Shown here piece after piece: positions 59,146 to 64,000 of a stretch of DNA of 64,000 nucleotides (its first letter is position 1; the number at the start of each line of letters is the position of its first letter). A model generated the notes under the pieces. That model did no database searches, was not told the DNA's origin, and was given only the letters and a program-made list of their open reading frames with translations. The translations under genes were made by a program, and so were the position numbers. The stretch covers positions 248,001 to 312,000 of IMG/VR virus record IMGVR_UViG_3300028735_000003. One strand, written 5' to 3'.

Positions 59146-59931
59146 TTATATGCTGTCACTTCTAAAGATGTCTGCTCCATTTTTGAATATATTAGAAAGA
59201 AATGACTGATCTTTTGTAAATATTGGAAGTTCTGTGTTAATAGCCCATTTATTTTTGACTACACCGTTAACAATTTTAGGAATCTTGTAGCAAGCAGCGC
59301 CGCGCCTAAATGATGTATGATATTCATTGAAATCTATGTCGCACTCTTGTTTCAATAAATCAATCTTTTCATCTATACTCAAATCGCTCAACATCTCTTT
59401 TATTGTTGTTTTGTCATATTTCTTTAATAACTCATAGAAACATGCAAACTGAATAGATAAATAAAAATTACTTTGTTGTTTGTAAATAATTGTATTAATG
59501 GCTTCTGCTATTGTTGGCACAACAAACACTTGTGACGTAAATAGGGCATCACCCATTAAATTCAACTTAGTATTTACAGCAAATAAATTGAAATGTTGTG
59601 TTGCTATTGATGAAGTTATAGAGCATATATTTTGTAACTTATTATCATACCATGGCAATGTTTCTTGTGTTTGGTCATTACGCACAACAATAGTTATTTC
59701 GTCATTATGTTGATAAGCGAACAAAGCGCCATCAATTTCCATACATAACTTTACTGTTGTTGATAACATACCCTCAGCAAATTCAGTACAATAAGGTTTG
59801 TCAAGCAGCGATGTAATCTTATGAAACGAGCGCCCATTAATATTTATTATTAATGGCACTTTGTTCAATAAACGATAATTAGACATATCGATATAGGAAT
59901 CGATCCTGTCTTTAAGCTTAATAGTATACAT
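59146..59931 (-). CDS. Thg1-like 3'-5' nucleotidyltransferase
   Basis: KLKDRIDSY, ININGRSFHK, YQHNDEIT, SITSSIAT, FRRG. First metal Asp appears as Asn. Start revised. Confidence 0.88.
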   Translation of the reverse strand: MYTIKLKDRIDSYIDMSNYRLLNKVPLIININGRSFHKITSLLDKPYCTEFAEGMLSTTVKLCMEIDGALFAYQHNDEITIVVRNDQTQETLPWYDNKLQNICSITSSIATQHFNLFAVNTKLNLMGDALFTSQVFVVPTIAEAINTIIYKQQSNFYLSIQFACFYELLKKYDKTTIKEMLSDLSIDEKIDLLKQECDIDFNEYHTSFRRGAACYKIPKIVNGVVKNKWAINTELPIFTKDQSFLSNIFKNGADIFRSDSI

Positions 59932-59970
59932 ATAGAATAATATAACCAAGCACACAAGTTCTGCAACACA

Positions 59971-60378
59971 TTACGAAATTGATTTTTTTATGTATCGTAA
60001 ATAGTTTAGTATGTTAGTTTTAAGTACGATCATATTCATTATGATCATTTCTATATATTGGGAAAATAGATCGTCATTAACTTTAATAGTTAATTGACCT
60101 AATGTATCGGTATTTGACAGTGAATTTAATTCATGACTTACACTAAGAAAATCAATTCTACTAGATATTTCTTTTGAAGTTAACTATTTTGTAAATGCAG
60201 TTTTGTTATTTAATAAATAGTGTGCTCATCTGATCAGCAATCGTTCGACCAAATCCAATATAAATAGATGGAAATAAAGACTGAAGTTGAAAAGACGGAA
60301 GTGTTTCAGTAGCAGATGGTATTGAAATAAACTCAGTATTTTTAACTGCTTCCTGTGCTATTTTCTTAATTTTTAATA
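59971..60378 (-). pseudogene. Decayed hypothetical gene
   Basis: Protein-like segments (KIKKIAQEAV...; LTSKEISSRIDF...KKSIS*) broken by a stop and a frameshift. Confidence 0.4.
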
Positions 60379-60391
60379 CCCTTTTATAATA

Positions 60392-60928
60392 TTACCCGTT
60401 TACAACAATTAATATATCATCCCATCGATTGTTTATATGCCTGTTATCAACTACTATAGTTTTATTTTGCAAAGAATGAGGTAAAACGTTAATAATGTTT
60501 TTTGTCCAATTTATAGATGGAATGTCTTCAATAATCATTACCCCATCTGGATTTAGTTTTTGAGAATAATACCTAGCACAAAATATCATACTTTCATATG
60601 TATGAGGACCATCATCAATAATCATATCAAATTTTATATTTTTGAGTTTATCATCAATAAATGATGCATCATATGCATTAGCTGTAAAATGTATCATTCT
60701 GTCTTTAAGAATAAAATCAGGAGGAAGAGGGTTGATATCTACGCTATAAATGTTTGAATTAGGTAAAAAATCGTGCCATAATAATATCGAGCCTCCAAGC
60801 CAAACACCAATCTCAAATAAATTTTTAATACTATCTTTTCTTGGAGATAGTATTTTATCATAAGTATCAAGATAGGTATGAGACGTAAACTTATCTGTTT
60901 TATAATTGGTTGCTATTTCTCTAAACAT
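60392..60928 (-). CDS. Class I SAM-dependent methyltransferase (sugar O-methyltransferase-like)
   Basis: TDKFTSHTY, LFEIGVWLGGS, YSVDI, IIDDGPH, IIEDI. Confidence 0.85.
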   Translation of the reverse strand: MFREIATNYKTDKFTSHTYLDTYDKILSPRKDSIKNLFEIGVWLGGSILLWHDFLPNSNIYSVDINPLPPDFILKDRMIHFTANAYDASFIDDKLKNIKFDMIIDDGPHTYESMIFCARYYSQKLNPDGVMIIEDIPSINWTKNIINVLPHSLQNKTIVVDNRHINNRWDDILIVVNG

Positions 60929-61627
60929 TTATTGCCTATAAGATGATTGGGCGCCATGTCCAATTGTTGCGCACGCTGAATTTAAAAGATATGCGGCTCT
61001 ATACCCATATTTCATAGCATGCTCATTACAACGAAACTCATCTATCCATCTAGCCTCGTCAGGTCTCTGAAATTCTGAATATCCATTTGGAAACATTTTA
61101 TTGTAGTCTTCAGTTCGTCTTAGACCAGCATTGAAACTAAATCCACACCAATAGCTACAATGAGGTGAAATTATTTTCTTATAATAAACATTTGTTGATG
61201 TTTTTAGAGTTTCAGACTCTAAATAATTATTTATATCACCATGACTAACACGATAATTGTCCGCATGTCTAATCCATATTTGATGGACACTTTTATCTTC
61301 TTCTAAAATATCAATTGAATCTTGTATAAAATTAGCATTACCATAAAATAGATAATCATCCTCACTATGGAAAATATAATCGCTTGTTACTGTTTTATAC
61401 ATTTTATCTATTGATCTAACTTGACCGATATTTATTTCGTTGAAAATAAACTCTACTTTATTAGAATAATTAGTAGAAATCAAATTTTTTATCTCTGGAT
61501 TTGTAGAATCATCAATAACAATAATTCTTTCTATAGGAAACTTATTAAGAGACAAAAAACTATCAATTGTTTTCTTTAATAGACTAAATCTATTATAAGA
61601 TGTTATGCACACAGTAACTGTTTTCAT
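60929..61627 (-). CDS. Glycosyltransferase family 2
   Basis: VCITSYNR, IVIDDS, IFHSEDD. Confidence 0.85.
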   Translation of the reverse strand: MKTVTVCITSYNRFSLLKKTIDSFLSLNKFPIERIIVIDDSTNPEIKNLISTNYSNKVEFIFNEINIGQVRSIDKMYKTVTSDYIFHSEDDYLFYGNANFIQDSIDILEEDKSVHQIWIRHADNYRVSHGDINNYLESETLKTSTNVYYKKIISPHCSYWCGFSFNAGLRRTEDYNKMFPNGYSEFQRPDEARWIDEFRCNEHAMKYGYRAAYLLNSACATIGHGAQSSYRQ

Positions 61628-61633
61628 TTTGAA

Positions 61634-61786
61634 TCACAACTGAATAAACCAAGATGTTTCTATTATTTCAAATCTATATTCGACAACTTTATTTACTCCA
61701 AGCCAGACATTATAGCCATGTTCTGCAATAATTCCATTCAGTTTTCTACTATATGTAGAATTATCTTGCAATGAGTTAATAACATT
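61634..61786 (-). pseudogene. C-terminal relic of a methyltransferase
   Basis: Start-less frame NGIIAEHGYNVWLGVNKVV...IETSW*, resembling the GHDY...WPGV tail of small methyltransferases. Confidence 0.4.
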
Positions 61787-62349
61787 TACTTTTCAAAAAT
61801 CATAATAGTATTTTTAAACCACGGAGCAGAATTATCGATACAAGATCTTGCGCTTAAGCTGTCTTGTTCTAAATATTTAAAGCCTCTATCAGTCATCTTT
61901 TTTATAACTTCATGATTATCATAACAATTAACATGACCATATCCTGGTTGATTTCTTATTGCCCATGACATTATTAATTTACCATTACAACACGATGATA
62001 CATTATTTAATAATGTATCTTCAAATTGTGCTGGAACATGTTCAGCAACTTCCAGAAAAATACAATTACCCTTATCAGTAACAGTAAAAGATTTCGTTAA
62101 ATCTTGTTGTTTAATATTTTGAAATACTTTTTGTTTTGGAATATCACCCTCAAACCCAGTTAAATTCTTAAAGCCAGCTTTTTGTAAAGCTAATAAATAA
62201 TTACCAAGTCCGCAACCCAAATCATATAATGGCTTTTCTTTGTCATCTTTTAGATATTCTATAATCCATTTTGCCAATACAGGGCAATGAACATGATGAA
62301 TATGAGCAGAATCGCCAGACCAAAATCCAGTGTTTGATATTACTGACAT
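61786..62349 (-). CDS. Class I SAM-dependent methyltransferase
   Basis: YDLGCGLG, GFEG, QDLT, FLEVAEHV, GYGHVN. Confidence 0.88.
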   Translation of the reverse strand: MSVISNTGFWSGDSAHIHHVHCPVLAKWIIEYLKDDKEKPLYDLGCGLGNYLLALQKAGFKNLTGFEGDIPKQKVFQNIKQQDLTKSFTVTDKGNCIFLEVAEHVPAQFEDTLLNNVSSCCNGKLIMSWAIRNQPGYGHVNCYDNHEVIKKMTDRGFKYLEQDSLSARSCIDNSAPWFKNTIMIFEK

Positions 62350-63056
62350 TATTTTTCCTTAATCTTAGTTACATAACTTCTAGCCTGTATAAATGATTGT
62401 CTTATACTTTCCTCAGATTGAAGATAATGATTACCCCAACCATGTTGTTTATTTTCTGGGCTCAATCTAGAAGCAAATAATTTATATCTTTCAACCTTAT
62501 AATCTGGATTTATACAATTATAGTGATATGTCTTGTAAACATTCGTATTGTACTTAACTGCTCCTATAGGATTACAATTATGACACCCATGTGTATATCT
62601 AATATCTGTAATAAATTTTTTGTTAAATAGATAAGATTTATCATATGGTGTACATCTAGAACCATAAACTATTTTTGGTAAATCAAAATTATCTTCCATA
62701 TTTACCATATTATAACCTTCGCCTTTTATGATTGTTGTTCCAGATGATTCTTCCATAAGAAGTTGTTGCTGATTGATTTCTAACATCTCATCAACATCAC
62801 AAACAAGTACCCAATCTGTTTTTGCGCCCTTCCAGCAATTATTCTTAATTTCGAGATATTTGTTATCATTAATCATGTTATTTGTATTGTAATATATTAT
62901 TTCGCAATTATTATCCTTAGCAATTTTTACAGTGTTATCGGTGCTAAAATTGTCATATATTACAATATGACAATTTGGAAATCTTAATCTATAATGGTCA
63001 ATCATAAATTGAATTAAAACTTCTTCATTAAAAGCAACTGTATATATAGTAATCAT
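62349..63056 (-). CDS. GT-A glycosyltransferase (GT2-like)
   Basis: FNEE, IDHY, IYDNFSTD, WVLVCDVDE. Confidence 0.85.
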   Translation of the reverse strand: MITIYTVAFNEEVLIQFMIDHYRLRFPNCHIVIYDNFSTDNTVKIAKDNNCEIIYYNTNNMINDNKYLEIKNNCWKGAKTDWVLVCDVDEMLEINQQQLLMEESSGTTIIKGEGYNMVNMEDNFDLPKIVYGSRCTPYDKSYLFNKKFITDIRYTHGCHNCNPIGAVKYNTNVYKTYHYNCINPDYKVERYKLFASRLSPENKQHGWGNHYLQSEESIRQSFIQARSYVTKIKEK

Positions 63057-63760
63057 TATTCTCTAACCCTTATAGATTCTCTTCTTAATAAATCAAATTT
63101 GTCTTTAAGTTCTTGTTCACTAATAGTATAATGAATACCCCAACCGTGTTTGATATTTTCTTTACTAAGTCTAGTGATATTTCTTTTATATTTAGACATT
63201 ACAAATTCAAAATTAATAAAATGATAGTGGTACAAATTATATGAACAACAACTATATTTAATAGTGCCTACTGGATTACAAATATGACATCCTGCCTCAT
63301 AATTTATGCTATGTATAAATTCTTTATTGAACATAATATATTTGTCATATTGCGGCGCCCGTTTTCCATACTTAATTGATTTAATATCCAAATTATCATT
63401 AAAATTAACCATATTATATCCGCAAGATTTGATAATAGATACTCCGTTATTTGCCTCTTTTATAAGTTGTTCCTGATTTATGTCTAAAAGCTCATCAACA
63501 TCACAAACTATAACCCAATTATTATCCGAATTTTTCCAACAATTATTCTTAATTTCCAAATATTTTAAATCATTTATTTGGTTATTTGTATCAAATTGTA
63601 AAACTTTGGCGCCATTTTTTATGGCGATTTCTGGTGTCTTATCAGTGCTCATGTTGTCGTAAACAATGATATTACAATTTGGGAATCTTTTTTTATAATG
63701 ATCTATCGTAAATGGAAGAATTATTTCTTCATTATACGCCACTATATATATAGTTATCAT
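63056..63760 (-). CDS. GT-A glycosyltransferase (GT2-like), tandem paralogue
   Basis: YNEE, IDHY, VYDNMSTD, WVIVCDVDE; colinear with the neighbour. Confidence 0.85.
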   Translation of the reverse strand: MITIYIVAYNEEIILPFTIDHYKKRFPNCNIIVYDNMSTDKTPEIAIKNGAKVLQFDTNNQINDLKYLEIKNNCWKNSDNNWVIVCDVDELLDINQEQLIKEANNGVSIIKSCGYNMVNFNDNLDIKSIKYGKRAPQYDKYIMFNKEFIHSINYEAGCHICNPVGTIKYSCCSYNLYHYHFINFEFVMSKYKRNITRLSKENIKHGWGIHYTISEQELKDKFDLLRRESIRVRE

Positions 63761-63766
63761 TATACC

Positions 63767-64000
63767 TCAAACCAAACACCTATATATTTCTCTAGTTCCA
63801 GATTGTTTGGATGTACCCAACAACTCAACAGATGAGAAATTATTCTTAAGATACACAATAAAATTGTCTTTATTGAAATCTTGCACCGTTGCATCTTTAT
63901 TGAAATCTAAATGATGAAGCATACATGATATACAATCATCAGAAGGGTCAATCCATTCAACATATAAAACATACTCAGTTAAATTTCTTAAATGTAAAAC
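63767..64000 (-). CDS. Partial CDS (C-terminus; start beyond the window)
   Basis: Open frame ...YVEWIDPSDD...REIYRCLV*, followed by GAGG RBS of the next gene. Confidence 0.55.
   Translation of the reverse strand, partial: VLHLRNLTEYVLYVEWIDPSDDCISCMLHHLDFNKDATVQDFNKDNFIVYLKNNFSSVELLGTSKQSGTREIYRCLV

Noticed and set aside
59971-60378. Stop-codon reassignment (TAG or TGA read-through)
   Set aside because: Long conserved genes are uninterrupted in code 11, TAG and TGA end real genes, and the broken regions also contain frameshifts.
3321-63662. Numerous short plus-strand ORFs in the track (for example 4015-4470, 19118-19531, 23650-24156, 33746-34135)
   Set aside because: Antisense shadows fully inside well-supported minus-strand genes.
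1-64000. Bacterial chromosome or eukaryotic giant virus
   Set aside because: Terminase, dNMP kinase, gp46/47-like pair, mostly unknown genes and isolated rather than operonic housekeeping genes point to a phage; Shine-Dalgarno motifs, tmRNA and DnaE exclude a eukaryotic virus.
60392-64000. Diversity-generating retroelement from the two similar GT genes
   Set aside because: Differences are spread over all bases and codon positions, and there is no reverse transcriptase in the window; ordinary tandem paralogues.

Overview
AT-rich (about 30% GC by eye), gene-dense segment of a jumbo tailed phage genome. Nearly all genes are on the minus strand and the code is standard table 11. From left to right: an intein-loaded terminase large subunit (partial); probable virion genes with an embedded class II nucleotidyltransferase; a replication/recombination block (sigma-like HTH, primase core, DnaJ, RuvC-like, SSB, RecA, DNA polymerase III alpha, Cas4-like nuclease, dNMP kinase, SbcCD, stand-alone CHC2 zinc finger, TopA, FtsK-like); and a large host-like translation/proteostasis set (trigger factor, peptide deformylase, bS21, ClpP plus a ClpR-like partner, DksA, tmRNA, tRNA-Arg, Thg1-like). 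Three IS200/IS605 tnpB relics, solo IS-end hairpins, a decayed rml operon and a glycosyltransferase/methyltransferase cluster complete the window. Most striking: (1) dnaE is split into two adjacent genes joined by a naturally split intein at a site 4 residues from the cyanobacterial one; (2) two inteins, one a Met1 class 3 intein, bracket the 9-residue Walker B of the terminase; (3) an active ClpP beside a triad-less ClpP, plus a phage tmRNA with its own degron; (4) many host-like proteins have lost catalytic residues. All calls come from motif reading by eye; no database search was run.
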